From: an uncultured Actinomycetota bacterium
Lineage (GTDB): Bacteria; Actinomycetota; Actinomycetes; Mycobacteriales; Micromonosporaceae
Assembly: GCA_963794685.1 (NCBI GenBank)
Contig: CAWCFK010000013.1
Location: 139,678 to 203,677 of the forward strand
Direction of reading: 5' to 3'
DNA length: 64,000 bases
Shown here: positions 8,675-18,245 of the stretch, piece after piece
Layout of the letters: each line of letters starts with the position of its first letter
How positions within the stretch are numbered: position 1 is the stretch's first letter
Program-made: the position numbers and the translations under genes
The notes under the pieces: generated by a model
What the model was told of the DNA's origin: nothing
What the model saw: the letters and a program-made list of their open reading frames with translations, nothing else
The model's database searches: none

Positions 8675-10039
8675 GTGTCCGTCGACCTGACCCCCCTGCT
8701 CGACGCCCTCCCAGCGGGCAGCGTCATCACCGACCCGGCCGGTATGGACGCCTACCGGTGGGACCGGGCCAACGATCCCGGCGCCGGAACTCCACTGGCG
8801 GTGGTGCGGGCCGGCTGCACCGCGGATGTCCAGGCCGCCGTCCGGTTCGCGGCGGCGCACCAGCTCGCGGTGGTGCCCCGGGGCGCCGGTTCCGGGTTGT
8901 CCGGTGGATCCTCGGCGGTGGACGGCTGCCTGGTGGTGTCCACCGAACGGATGCGGGCGGTCACCGTGGACCCGGCCACCCGTACCGCCGTGGTCGAGCC
9001 GGGCGCGCTCAACGTCGAGGTGAAGCGGGCGGCCGCGCAGCACGGCCTGTGGTACCCGCCGGACCCGTCGTCGTACGAGTTCTGCTCGATCGGCGGCAAC
9101 GTTGCCACCAACGCCGGTGGCCTGTGCTGCGTCAAGTACGGGGTGACCACCGACTACGTACTCGGGCTCACCGTGGTGCTGGCCGACGCAACGGCCGTGC
9201 GGCTGGGCGGCGCCCGGCTGAAGGACGTGGCCGGGCTGTCGCTGACCAAGCTGTTCATCGGCAGCGAAGGCACGCTGGGCGTGATCACCCAGGTGGTGCT
9301 GCGCCTCATCCCGGCGCAGCGCCCGCCGGTCACCCTGGTCGCCACCTTCGCCCGGCTGGACGACGCCACCCGGACGGTACTGGACATCACCGCCCGTACC
9401 CGACCGTCGATGCTCGAATTCATGGACCGTACCTCGATCAACGCCGTCGAGGACGTCACCCGGATGGGGCTGGACCGCGCAGCGGCGGCCCTGCTGCTGG
9501 TGCAGTCCGACGAGCCGGTGCCCGCTGCGGCCGGCGAGATCGCCGGCATCGCCGCGCAGTGCCGGAGCAACGGCGCCGTCGAGGTGTACACGACCGACGA
9601 CCGGGACGAGGGTGAGGCGTTCACGGCGGCCCGGCGGATGGCCATCCCGGCCCTGGAGCGGCGCGGTTCGCTGCTGCTGGAGGACGTGGGGGTGCCCATT
9701 CCGCAGCTGGGGGCGCTGGTGCGCGGGATCGACCGGATCGCCGGTGACGCCGGGATCACCATCGCCGTCGTCGCGCACGCCGGTGACGGCAACACCCATC
9801 CGTTGATCGTCTTCGACCGCACCGACGCCGACCAGACCGAGCGCGCGCACCGGGCGTACGCCCAGGTGATGGAGCTGGCCATGGAGCTGGGCGGCACGAT
9901 CACCGGCGAGCACGGCGTGGGCCGGCTGAAGAAGGCCTGGCTGCCGGAGTACCTGGGGCCGGAGGCGCTGGAACTCAACCGACGGGTCAAGGCGGCACTG
10001 GATCCTCAGGGCATCCTCAACCCGGGCGCGGTCTTCTAA
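8675..10039 (+). CDS. FAD-linked oxidase (GlcD / D-lactate dehydrogenase family)
   Basis: GTG 8675 preceded by AGGAGG. Motifs VVPRGAGSGLSGG, GGNVATNAGG, GSEGTLGVIT, and a C-terminal GEHGVGRLK...LDPQGILNPG. Confidence 0.9.
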   Translation: MSVDLTPLLDALPAGSVITDPAGMDAYRWDRANDPGAGTPLAVVRAGCTADVQAAVRFAAAHQLAVVPRGAGSGLSGGSSAVDGCLVVSTERMRAVTVDPATRTAVVEPGALNVEVKRAAAQHGLWYPPDPSSYEFCSIGGNVATNAGGLCCVKYGVTTDYVLGLTVVLADATAVRLGGARLKDVAGLSLTKLFIGSEGTLGVITQVVLRLIPAQRPPVTLVATFARLDDATRTVLDITARTRPSMLEFMDRTSINAVEDVTRMGLDRAAAALLLVQSDEPVPAAAGEIAGIAAQCRSNGAVEVYTTDDRDEGEAFTAARRMAIPALERRGSLLLEDVGVPIPQLGALVRGIDRIAGDAGITIAVVAHAGDGNTHPLIVFDRTDADQTERAHRAYAQVMELAMELGGTITGEHGVGRLKKAWLPEYLGPEALELNRRVKAALDPQGILNPGAVF

Positions 10040-10565
10040 CCGGCCGCCGCCGCGCCGACCAGGTCGAGGCTGTAGGTCTGGCCGATCAGGTCGACGCCGA
10101 AGCTGCGGTGCGGCTCCTCGGCTGACCAGCGCGAAGCCGCGGGCGAGGTAGATCCCCGGGCGGCGGCCAGCGGGTGGTTGGTCCACAACCGCATCCGCCG
10201 GTACCCGGCCCGGCGGGCGAAGTCCAGGCAGGCGTCGACCAGGCGCCCGCCCAGCCCGCTGCCGCGCGCCGCCGGATCGACCAGCAGGATGCGCAGCTGC
10301 GCGGTCGTCCGGTTCGCCCGGCGCCGGACGCAGAACACGCAGCCGACCCGCTGCCCGTCGCAGCTCGGCGACCCACGCGCCTCGCCGGTCCGGGTCGTTC
10401 GCCGCTGGCGTAGTCGGCGACGATCCGGGCCACCAGGGCCTCGAAGCTCGGTGTCCCAGCCGAACTCGGCGGCGTAGATCTCGCCGTGGGCCTGCACCAC
10501 CCAGCCCAGGTCGCCGGCGCCCGGCGGCCGGATCAGTGTCGTCGCGATGCGATCACCTCGTCCAT
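10036..10565 (-). pseudogene. GNAT-family N-acetyltransferase, frame broken about 5 times
   Basis: Conserved pieces in successive +1 frames: IRPPGAGDLGWVVQAHGEIYAAEFGWDT / SFEALVARIVADYASG / NDPDRRGAWVAEL / DGQRVGCVFCVRR...QLRILLVDPAARGSGLGGRLVDACLDFARRAGYRRMRLWTNHPLAAAR / IYLARGFALVS / EEPHRSFGVDLIGQTYSLDL. Switches lie near 10450, 10400, 10360, 10157 and 10121. The true start is unresolved: the ATG at 10565 is out of frame. Confidence 0.7.
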
Positions 10566-10576
10566 CGGCTCTCCCG

Positions 10577-10598
10577 CACTGAAACAGTCGTTTCAGTG
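10577..10598. promoter_or_regulatory. 22-bp palindrome CACTGAAAC-AGTC-GTTTCAGTG; candidate TetR operator
   Basis: Perfect 9-bp arms. It ends 15 nt upstream of the TetR ATG, in the divergent GNAT/TetR intergenic region. Confidence 0.6.
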
Positions 10599-10612
10599 AG
10601 AGGTAGACGGCC

Positions 10613-11237
10613 ATGGCCCAGCCACGCGGCCGGCCGTCCGCCCGGCGCGCCGAACTCCTCGACGCCGCCTACCGCGAGGTGCTCGCCCACGGCCTGGCCG
10701 ACATGTCGCTGCGCCCGCTGGCCACCGCGATCGGCTCCAGCCCGCGGGTGCTGCTGTTCCTCTTCGGCAGCAAGGACGGCCTGGTGCGCGCCCTGCTCGC
10801 CCGGGCCCGCGCCGACGAACTGGTGCTGCTCGACCGGTTGCGCCGGCAGACCAGCGGCGCCGCCGGTCCGGCCGAGGTGACCCTGACCGTCTGGGACTGG
10901 CTGGCCGACCCGGCGCACCGGCCACTGCTGGTGCTCTGGGCTCGAGGCGTACACCCGGTCGCTGGTCGACCCGGACGGCCCGTGGGCCGGCTTCGCCCGG
11001 GCCACCGTGGCCGAGTGGCTGACCGTCCTCGCCGACGCCCAGCCCACGCCGGTCCGCCGCAGCGACGCCGGACAGGCCGAGTGCACGCTCACCCTCGCCG
11101 TGCTCCGGGGTGCCCTGCTCGACCTGCTCGCCACCGGCGACACCGCCCGCACCACCGCGGCTGTCCGTCGGCACGCCCTCCCGGGTCCACTCCTGCGACG
11201 ACCGGGAACGGGCCGGGAAATCTCGTTAGCACATTGA
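10613..11237 (+). pseudogene. TetR-family transcriptional regulator with one +1 frame break
   Basis: N-terminus RRAELLDAAYREVLAHGLADMSLRPLATAIGSSPRVLLFLFGSKDGL. After ...PLLVLW the conserved continuation LEAYTRSLVDPDGPWAGFARATVAEWLTVL...LLATGDTARTTAAV is in the next frame (extra G in CTCTGGGCTCGAG near 10940). Confidence 0.8.
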
Positions 11238-11346
11238 CAGGCGACAATTCAATAAGAGGGGAACAATGTCACATTCGCTGGCCCACTACATCGTGTAGAG
11301 TCGCATAATCTGGTATCCGTTCGCCGCCAGACATCCAGGGGACACG

Positions 11347-11775
11347 ATGACGGTCACCGAAACCGACACCGCCCGCGACGCCACCCGCCCGGCCCGCGCA
11401 CCGCTGTACGCGGCTCTCATCGGCCTGACCGGCGTCGCCATCCTGCTGCAAGGACTGTGGGCCGGCATCTTCCTCGAACACGACGGCGCCCGGGACGCCG
11501 CCGGCGGCTGGATCGACGTGCATGCCCGCGGCGGCGACGTGGCCATCGGGCTCGCCGCGCTGGCCACCGTCGTGGCGTTCCTGACCCGCCGGGCCCGGCG
11601 TGATCTCTGGATCGGCGGTGCCGCCCTCGTCGTCCTGCTCGTCCTGGAGGCCTGGATCGGCGGACTCATCCGCGACGACGGCCGCGACACCCTGACCGCC
11701 GTGCACGTCCCGCTCGCCATGCTCCTGCTCGGCCTGGTCTCCTGGCTGTCGGCCAGGTCCGCCCGCCGGCACTGA
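11347..11775 (+). CDS. small integral membrane protein, unknown function
   Basis: 142 aa with four hydrophobic stretches and good G/C third-position bias. No family recognised. Confidence 0.6.
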   Translation: MTVTETDTARDATRPARAPLYAALIGLTGVAILLQGLWAGIFLEHDGARDAAGGWIDVHARGGDVAIGLAALATVVAFLTRRARRDLWIGGAALVVLLVLEAWIGGLIRDDGRDTLTAVHVPLAMLLLGLVSWLSARSARRH

Positions 11776-11817
11776 ACCTGACCGCAGGCCGCCGGCCGAT
11801 CCGCACCGCGCGGGCGG

Positions 11818-11859
11818 ACGGCCTGCGGCGTATCCAGCACGGCCTGCGGCGTATCCAGC
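11818..11859. repeat. perfect tandem duplication, 2 x 21 bp (ACGGCCTGCGGCGTATCCAGC)
   Basis: Read directly. It lies immediately upstream of the first possible start of the 11861 gene. Confidence 0.9.
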
Positions 11860-11860
11860 G

Positions 11861-12754
11861 TTGACCTGCGGCGACCCGGGCCGCAAGCTGGGGCTGACAA
11901 TGGCGGTTGCGGCAGCTGCGGACGTGGGCATGGTTGGTGGGGGGTACCAGAGGCTGCGGCGGACGGTGGCCGTCGCGGGGATGGTGGTATGCGCCGCGGT
12001 CCTGTTGACCGCGTCCCCGACCGGCGGCACGGCAGCCCGCCCGGCGCTGCGGGTACTCCAGTTGAACCTGTGCGACAGCGGCATCGCCGACTGCTACACC
12101 GGACGCTCCGTCGCGGCCGCCGCGACGGTGCTGCGCGGCACCGCACCCGACGTGGTGACCCTCAACGAGGTGTGCGAGCCGGACGTGGCCACGCTCGCCA
12201 CGGCGCTGGCCCGGCCCGGGGCGGCGACCGGGGTCGGTTCGGCGTTCCAGCCGGCGCTCGACCGCCGCTCCGGTGGCCCGTTCCGGTGCCGCAACGGCGA
12301 GCGGTACGGCATCGGGCTGCTCGTCCGACTGCCCGGCCACGGCTCCACCACGTACCAGGGCATCTATCCCGAGCAGGACACCGCCGACCCGGAGGAGCGG
12401 GCCTGGCTGTGCCTGTCCGCGCCGGTCGGGATCTCGGTCTGCACCACCCACCTGGCCAGCACCGTCCCGGCGGTCGCGCTGCGCCAGTGCGGCTACCTGC
12501 TGGACACCGCCATCCCGGCGCTGCCGGCCGGCGTCGGGCACCGCACGGTCGTGATCGGCGGCGACTTCAACCTCCGCGAGGGCGGCGCCCCGGACCTGGC
12601 GACCTGCGCGCCGCCGGGCTACCTGCGCGCCGGCGACGGCGGTGTGCAGCACGTGCTGGCCTCCCCCGGCTTCGTGCTCGGCTCGGTCCGGGACCTCGAC
12701 CTGGGCGGCAGCACCGACCATCCGGGCCTACTGGTCGCCCTCACCAGCAGGTAG
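11861..12754 (+). CDS. secreted endonuclease/exonuclease/phosphatase (EEP) family protein
   Basis: Motifs LRVLQLNLC, DVVTLNEV, VCTTHL, IGGDFN and a C-terminal STDHP. The start may be an internal ATG (11900 or 11930). Confidence 0.8.
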   Translation: MTCGDPGRKLGLTMAVAAAADVGMVGGGYQRLRRTVAVAGMVVCAAVLLTASPTGGTAARPALRVLQLNLCDSGIADCYTGRSVAAAATVLRGTAPDVVTLNEVCEPDVATLATALARPGAATGVGSAFQPALDRRSGGPFRCRNGERYGIGLLVRLPGHGSTTYQGIYPEQDTADPEERAWLCLSAPVGISVCTTHLASTVPAVALRQCGYLLDTAIPALPAGVGHRTVVIGGDFNLREGGAPDLATCAPPGYLRAGDGGVQHVLASPGFVLGSVRDLDLGGSTDHPGLLVALTSR

Positions 12755-12881
12755 CCACCGCGCCCGTCCGCCGCGACGCTGGCGCGGTGGACGGAATCGG
12801 AGTGGAATGAGGTTGCTGATCTCCCGGCCGCCCGGCGGTGGCCGGTCCGGATGGCGAGGGGGTACGCCGGTGGAACGCACC

Positions 12882-13881
12882 ATGGTCGTCGGGTTGGACA
12901 ACGGGGGCACCAAGAACAACGCGACGGTGCTCGCCCCGGACGGGGCGTTCCTGGTCGACCGGCTGGTGGAGACGCCCAGCCGGGTGCTGGACGGGCCGGC
13001 GGTGGCGGTCCGCGAACTGGGCAACGCGCTGGACCACATCCTCGTCCGCACCGGGGTGACCCGCCAGCGGGTACGCGCCGTCGGCCTGGACACCCCCGGG
13101 CCGGCCAGCGCCGACGGGGTGATCTCCTCCAAGGGCTCCACCAACTTCTCCGCGCCGGCCTGGCGCGGCTTCGACATCCGCACCGCGCTGGAGCAGCACA
13201 TCGGCCTGCCGGTGGTCTACAACAACGACGCCAACGCCGCCGCCCTCTACGCCCACCACGCCTACTTCGGCGCCGACGCCGCGCAGCGCTCCTCGGTCTC
13301 CGCGATCGTGGGTACCGGCCTGGGCGGCGGCATCATCGAACAGGGCCGGATCGTGCGCGGCGCCGCCGGGATGGCCGCCGAACTCGGCCACGTGCAGATA
13401 CCGCTGGACGGGCTGCTGGAGCCGGGCCAGCCGGTACCGCGTTGCAACTGCGGGCTGGCCGGCGACGCGGAGAGCATCGCGTCACTGACCGGGATCGAGC
13501 GCAACCTGTTGCCGTACTGGCTGCAGCGGCACCCCGGCCACGAGCTGACCGGCGTTCGCCGCCGGCAAGGCGGCGATGCAGGTGCGCGGCTACGGCGAAC
13601 GGGACGACCCGCTGGCCCGGCGCATCTTCACCCAACAGGCCGTCGCCCTGGGCCGGCTGTTCGCCATCGCCGCCAACTTCACCGACCCGCACGCCTACTT
13701 CGTCGGCGGCGGCGTGGTGGAGGCTGCCGTGCACTTCCGGGAGTGGTTCCTCGCGGCGGTCCGCGAGCACACGGCGCTGCGCGACGAGCAGCGCCGGGTC
13801 GCCCGGTTCGCCCTGGTACCGGACCTGGACATGGCCGGCGCCCGGGGCGCCGCGCTGGCCGCCGCGGCGGCAACGGTGTGA
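12882..13881 (+). pseudogene. ROK-family sugar kinase/regulator with one +1 frame break
   Basis: Motifs MVVGLDNGGTKNN, NNDANAAAL, GTGLGGGII, AAELGHV...CNCGLAGDAES. After HELTG the conserved tail (FAAGKAAMQVRGYGERDDPLARRIF...FVGGGVVEAA...) continues in the next frame near 13553. Confidence 0.8.
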
Positions 13882-13883
13882 CT

Positions 13884-14480
13884 TCAGGCGAGGAGCTGGT
13901 CACGTACGAACGCCACCAGGGCGTCCAGGCCGACCGATCCCTTGTCCGAGTACACCGTCAGCGCCCGCAGTGCCGGGTCACCGGGCTGTGCCAGCGTGAT
14001 CACGGCGACCGGTTCGGTGTAGTTCCGGCAGGAGTTGGTGCACTCGTAGTACGGCTGGGTGAAGGCCAGCGCGTCGCCGAGCGCGGTGTGCACGGTGCGC
14101 GCGTCCGGGCGGCGCTGTGCCGGGATGTCGGCGCTGGTGCGGTAGACACCGTGGCGTCCGTTGCCCGGCCGCGCGTTGTCGCCGCCCGGCGCACAGGTGA
14201 CGGCGAAGGCGAGCACTGTCAGGGTGGCGTGTGCGCCGACTGTGACGTCGGCGGTCACGCCGGGGCAGTTGTCCGGCTGCGGCGAGCGGGTCGTGATCGC
14301 CTGGCCGGCGCCGAGCCGGACATGGAAGGCGACCGGCCCACCGACCGGTGCCACGGTCGGTGCACTGACCGGGTCGGGGTCGACCGGCCCAGCGTGGCAG
14401 CCGCCGGCCAGCAGGGCGAGGGCGAGCAACGCGAGAAGCACCCGACCCGGCGCGGCGGATGCGAGGACACCAGAACGCAT
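13884..14480 (-). CDS. putative lipoprotein, unknown function
   Basis: Signal peptide with lipobox LLAGGC. 198 aa. No family recognised. Confidence 0.65.
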   Translation of the reverse strand: MRSGVLASAAPGRVLLALLALALLAGGCHAGPVDPDPVSAPTVAPVGGPVAFHVRLGAGQAITTRSPQPDNCPGVTADVTVGAHATLTVLAFAVTCAPGGDNARPGNGRHGVYRTSADIPAQRRPDARTVHTALGDALAFTQPYYECTNSCRNYTEPVAVITLAQPGDPALRALTVYSDKGSVGLDALVAFVRDQLLA

Positions 14481-14601
14481 GCCACATCAGACCCCGACCG
14501 GCTCGTGTCACGTTCCCCGGTGTCAGCTTGACGACCATGGGGCCGGCACCGGCGGCCGGCAGCATCGCCGCCGAGACCTGTCGTCGTACGGGCGCAGGTC
14601 C

Positions 14602-15039
14602 TCATCGGCGGTGGTCTGCCCGGTCGAGGTCGGCGAAGGGCAGCGGGCAGCAGCTGGTGGTGGCGCAGGCGGCCAGGTCGTCACAGCCGGCGTCCAGCGC
14701 GGCGCGCAGGCTGGCGGCCACCACCCGCAGGTCGGCGATCCTGGCTTCCACCTCGCTGAGCTTGGCGGCGGCGCGCCGCTGCAGGCTGGTGTCCGGGCGC
14801 CGGCCGTGCCGGTGGCTGCCCAGGTCGATCAGCTCGGCAACCTCGTCCAGGGTGAAGCCGAGCCGCTGCGCGGTTTTGATCACCCGCAACGCGGTCAGCG
14901 CCTCCTCGGGGTACAGCCGGTGCCCACCGGGGCTGCGCGGGGGGCGCACCAACAGGCCACGTCTCTCGTAGTAGCGCAGCGTCTGCGGATTCACCCCGGC
15001 AGCCCCGGCCAGCTCGCCGCTGCGCAGACCGGCTGTCAC
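14602..15039 (-). CDS. MerR-family transcriptional regulator
   Basis: Sequence LRSGELAGAAGVNPQTLRYYERRGLL...GHRLY with a coiled-coil region. The C-terminus is Cys-rich (GCDDLAACATTSCCPLPF). Confidence 0.88.
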   Translation of the reverse strand: MTAGLRSGELAGAAGVNPQTLRYYERRGLLVRPPRSPGGHRLYPEEALTALRVIKTAQRLGFTLDEVAELIDLGSHRHGRRPDTSLQRRAAAKLSEVEARIADLRVVAASLRAALDAGCDDLAACATTSCCPLPFADLDRADHRR

Positions 15040-15386
15040 CGTCCGCTCCGCAGCGCCGCCGCCCGGGCCGCGAGCGCGTCCAGGAGATCACCGTGCCCGG
15101 CCGTAACCTCGATGTCGAGCCGCACCCCGCCGCCCGCCGGCTCGGTGATCGTGAAGCTGAACACCGGACAGCACCGGCTCTCCCGGGCGGCGAGATCCCT
15201 GACCCGGTCCTCCAGCGCCGCCCCGCCGCCGGCCAGCGTGACCCGCAGGCGCGTCGGCGAGAGGCGTTCACCGTCCCTCGCCGACGCCCGGAACACCTCG
15301 TCGAACTCGGCCAGCCGGGCGGTCCGGTCGGCGCGCGGCAAGGTACACGCCTGCGGTACCCAGTCCAGGTCTGCCACATCGGTCAT
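15036..15386 (-). CDS. small conserved hypothetical protein with a CC motif, co-transcribed with MerR
   Basis: 116 aa. Motif ARESRCCPVFSF. Its stop overlaps the MerR start by 4 nt. Confidence 0.6.
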   Translation of the reverse strand: MTDVADLDWVPQACTLPRADRTARLAEFDEVFRASARDGERLSPTRLRVTLAGGGAALEDRVRDLAARESRCCPVFSFTITEPAGGGVRLDIEVTAGHGDLLDALAARAAALRSGR

Positions 15387-15433
15387 GCCGCAACGGTAAG
15401 CCTGTACCCGGGTACCGGATGCAAGCCTGTCGG

Positions 15434-16063
15434 TCAGAAGCCGATGGCCTCCCGGAGCAGCAGCACAGTGCCGCGACCGGGGAACGGTTCGGCGTTGAGG
15501 ACGAGCAGACGGCTGACGGCGCTGGGCCGCCCGTAGGCCACCTGGGCACGGGCGCTCTCCAGCGGGAGGGCGTACTCGTGCACGCGGCGCAGCGCGGTGT
15601 CCAGGTCGGGTACCACCTTCTGCGCCCCGATCACCCAGATGGCGCGGGCGGCGCCGCCGGCGTAGGCGGGCAGTTGGCTTCCGCTGCCCGAGGCGACCAC
15701 CAGCGAGCCGGTCTCGGTGAGCGCCGCGACGCTGCCGACGACGACGTCGGGGACGGCGGTCAGCCGGCGGATCTCGTCGGCGCCGGTGGCGCGGTCGATG
15801 GCCAGCACCCGTGGCCGGACAGCGTCGTACCGGCCGGTGGCATTGATGTCGGCGTCGATGCCGGACAGGCGCAGCGTCTCACTGGCGCCGGTGAACACGC
15901 TGGCGCCCGCCGGGATCAGCTGCCTGATCCGGGTGCGGGCCGCCGCGACGTCGTCCAGAAGCTCTACGGTGAAGCCGTGCGCCCGCAACGCGGCGGCGGC
16001 CCGTTCGAGACTGGCCGCCGGCGCGGGGTCGGCGAACAGGGTCGCCGGGATCGGGGTGGTCAT
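15434..16063 (-). CDS. LUD-domain (LutC/DUF162-like) protein
   Basis: 209 aa. Motifs GASETLRLSGID, TETGSLVVASGSGSQ, IWVIGAQKVVPDLDTAL. Confidence 0.8.
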   Translation of the reverse strand: MTTPIPATLFADPAPAASLERAAAALRAHGFTVELLDDVAAARTRIRQLIPAGASVFTGASETLRLSGIDADINATGRYDAVRPRVLAIDRATGADEIRRLTAVPDVVVGSVAALTETGSLVVASGSGSQLPAYAGGAARAIWVIGAQKVVPDLDTALRRVHEYALPLESARAQVAYGRPSAVSRLLVLNAEPFPGRGTVLLLREAIGF

Positions 16064-16294
16064 GGTGCCTCCTGGTGGTCATGGTCTGGCAGCGCGGTGG
16101 TCGGGCAGCGTGGCGCTGGTACGGCGGCGTTCTCCCGGGGCTGCCCAGCTGGGTCGTCGTCGTTCCCGGGAGGTGCGCCGGTCCGCTGACTACGACGACG
16201 CGGCGCCGCGCAGTGTGAGGTGGCGGTCGGCCTCACACCACAGGCCGCTGATTCGTCGGACCGGTGTGAGTGGCCGACGGAGAGGCTGGCGACG

Positions 16295-17218
16295 ATGGGT
16301 ACCCGATCCGGACCGACCGGGGACGAGCCGGACACCGCCCTGGACACGGTCATGGGCGAGCGGCGCCAACTGGTCAATGTGGCGTACCGCCTGCTGGGCT
16401 CGCTGGCCGATGCCGAGGACGTCGTGCAGGAGACCTACACCCGCTGGTACGCCCTGGATCCGCCGCAGCGGGAGGCGATCGACTCCCCCGGCGCCTGGCT
16501 GACCACCGTCGCCAGCCGCATCTGCCTGGACCTGCTGCGCTCGGCCCGGGTCCGGCGGGAACGCTACGTCGGCGCCTGGATCCCCGAGCCGCTCCCCGAC
16601 CGCACCGAGTGGACCGGTGGGGGCGCCACGGATCCGGCCGACCGGGTCACCCTCGACGAATCGGTCACCATGGCGTTCCTGGTCATGCTGGAGTCGATGA
16701 CCCCGGCCGAGCGGGTGGCGTTCATCCTGCACGACGTCTTCGGCTACCCGTTCACCGAGGTGGCGACCATCGTCGGGCGTACACCGGCGGCCTGTCGGCA
16801 GTTGGCGTCCTCGGCCCGCCGTCGGCTGCGCGCGCCGCGGCCCGCCACGCCGGCCGCCCGGCAGGCCCGCCTCGTCGGCGAGTTCCAGCGGGCCTGGCAG
16901 GCCCGGGACATCGGCGCCCTGGTCGGCCTGCTGGACCCCGCCGCCATCGCGACCGGCGACGGCGGCGGCCTGGTCAGCGCGGCGCCCGCCCCGATCGAGG
17001 GCGGCGAGCGGATCGCCCGCTACCTGGTCGATCTGCTCGACCGGGCAGCGGGCGGCCTGACCTTCCGGCAGCGTACGGTCAACGGCGCGCCGGGCCTGGT
17101 GGCCCAGCACGACGGCGCGGTCGTCGCGGTGTACGCGTTCGAGCTGGCAGACGATCGGATCCGGCGCATCTGGGCGGTACTCAACCCGGCCAAGCTGCGC
17201 CGCTGGAGAGCCGGCTGA
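16295..17218 (+). CDS. ECF-type RNA polymerase sigma factor with a SnoaL-like C-terminal extension (SigJ/ECF41-like)
   Basis: Motifs AYRLLGSLADAEDVVQETYTRWY (region 2) and PAERVAFILHDVFGYPFTEVATIVGRTPAACRQLASSARRRL (region 4), followed by a roughly 110-aa tail. Start set at ATG 16295. Confidence 0.88.
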   Translation: MGTRSGPTGDEPDTALDTVMGERRQLVNVAYRLLGSLADAEDVVQETYTRWYALDPPQREAIDSPGAWLTTVASRICLDLLRSARVRRERYVGAWIPEPLPDRTEWTGGGATDPADRVTLDESVTMAFLVMLESMTPAERVAFILHDVFGYPFTEVATIVGRTPAACRQLASSARRRLRAPRPATPAARQARLVGEFQRAWQARDIGALVGLLDPAAIATGDGGGLVSAAPAPIEGGERIARYLVDLLDRAAGGLTFRQRTVNGAPGLVAQHDGAVVAVYAFELADDRIRRIWAVLNPAKLRRWRAG

Positions 17219-17281
17219 CCGCTGCCCGTCGAGGCTTCAGCCCGGCTGTCAGGCTGTCCAGGGTCGGGGCGGGGTGGCTGG

Positions 17282-18151
17282 TCAGCCGATGCCGCGGGTG
17301 AGCAGGATGTCGCGGGCCCGGAAGTGGGTGTCGCCGTCCGGACCCGGCGACCCCGAGGACCCCTCCATCTGCAGGTTGAGGATGAGCCACAGGGGCCGGC
17401 CGACAAACCTGGCTCCGCGCTGCGTGGCCAGCAGCGAGCCGTCCAGGAAGTACTGGATCTGCACGTCCGAGCTGTTGACCATGGACAGCACCGCCCGGTA
17501 GTCGTGCCACGCCTGCGCAGTGTCCACCGGCACGATCGAGCTGGACCAGTCGCCGGCGGGGTTCTTGTAGGCGTTGAACCAGTTCCGGGGGCCGCCCTTG
17601 TACTCCAGGATGTCGCACTCCGGCGGCCAGCCGTGGACGGCGGTGAGCCAGAACGCCGGCCAGCTGCCCTTCGTCGCGGTGACCTGGAACCGCCCCTGCA
17701 CCGTCCAGACCGGGTATTCGGCGTCGACCAGCACCTGTTGCCGGGCGTGCACTGCGCCGGAGTGGTACCGGATGGGCAGGTACGGCGGCGAGGCGCTGAC
17801 GCCCTCGTCGGCACCGATCCGGGTGGCCGTCAGCGTCAGGACGCCGTCGGCCAGCGACACCTGGCTGTGGTCATCGGCGCTGGCGTACATCCGGGCCGAG
17901 CCGTTGTGGTCGGGTCCCCACGGGTACCGGTACCGCCAGCTCGCCTCCAGCGCCCGGTAGCTGGCAAAGGACGAGCCGTCGATGAGCACCTCGGTGCCGC
18001 GGACGGTCGGCGTCGGGACCGGTGTGACGGCCTGCGCCGGCGGCGCCGAGGCGGCCAGCGTCGGCGCGAGCAGGCCGGCTCCGGCGATCGCCAGCAGGCC
18101 GCGACGGGGATACCCGCGTCCGGGGAGCGCGGCCCAGGGTCGCTGGGGCAT
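17282..18151 (-). CDS. secreted GH16-family glycoside hydrolase
   Basis: Twin-arginine-like signal RRGLLAIAGAG. GH16 catalytic pattern E-x-D-x-x-E in PPECDILEYKG. WPAFWL motif. Confidence 0.8.
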   Translation of the reverse strand: MPQRPWAALPGRGYPRRGLLAIAGAGLLAPTLAASAPPAQAVTPVPTPTVRGTEVLIDGSSFASYRALEASWRYRYPWGPDHNGSARMYASADDHSQVSLADGVLTLTATRIGADEGVSASPPYLPIRYHSGAVHARQQVLVDAEYPVWTVQGRFQVTATKGSWPAFWLTAVHGWPPECDILEYKGGPRNWFNAYKNPAGDWSSSIVPVDTAQAWHDYRAVLSMVNSSDVQIQYFLDGSLLATQRGARFVGRPLWLILNLQMEGSSGSPGPDGDTHFRARDILLTRGIG

Positions 18152-18245
18152 TCGGTCCTCCTCCGGCGGTGGGCGGGGACGGGCAGCCCCTCCCCCGGGA
18201 AGGATGCCACGTCCCGGCGCACGGTGCGGCTGGCGCGCGCCCGTG

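Noticed and set aside
10566-10614. The ORF-track start of the GNAT gene at 10614, overlapping the TetR ATG
   Set aside because: The extension (MAVYLSLKRLFQCGRADGRGDR) has poor third-position G/C bias and would bury the 22-bp palindromic operator inside coding sequence. The start is left unresolved instead.
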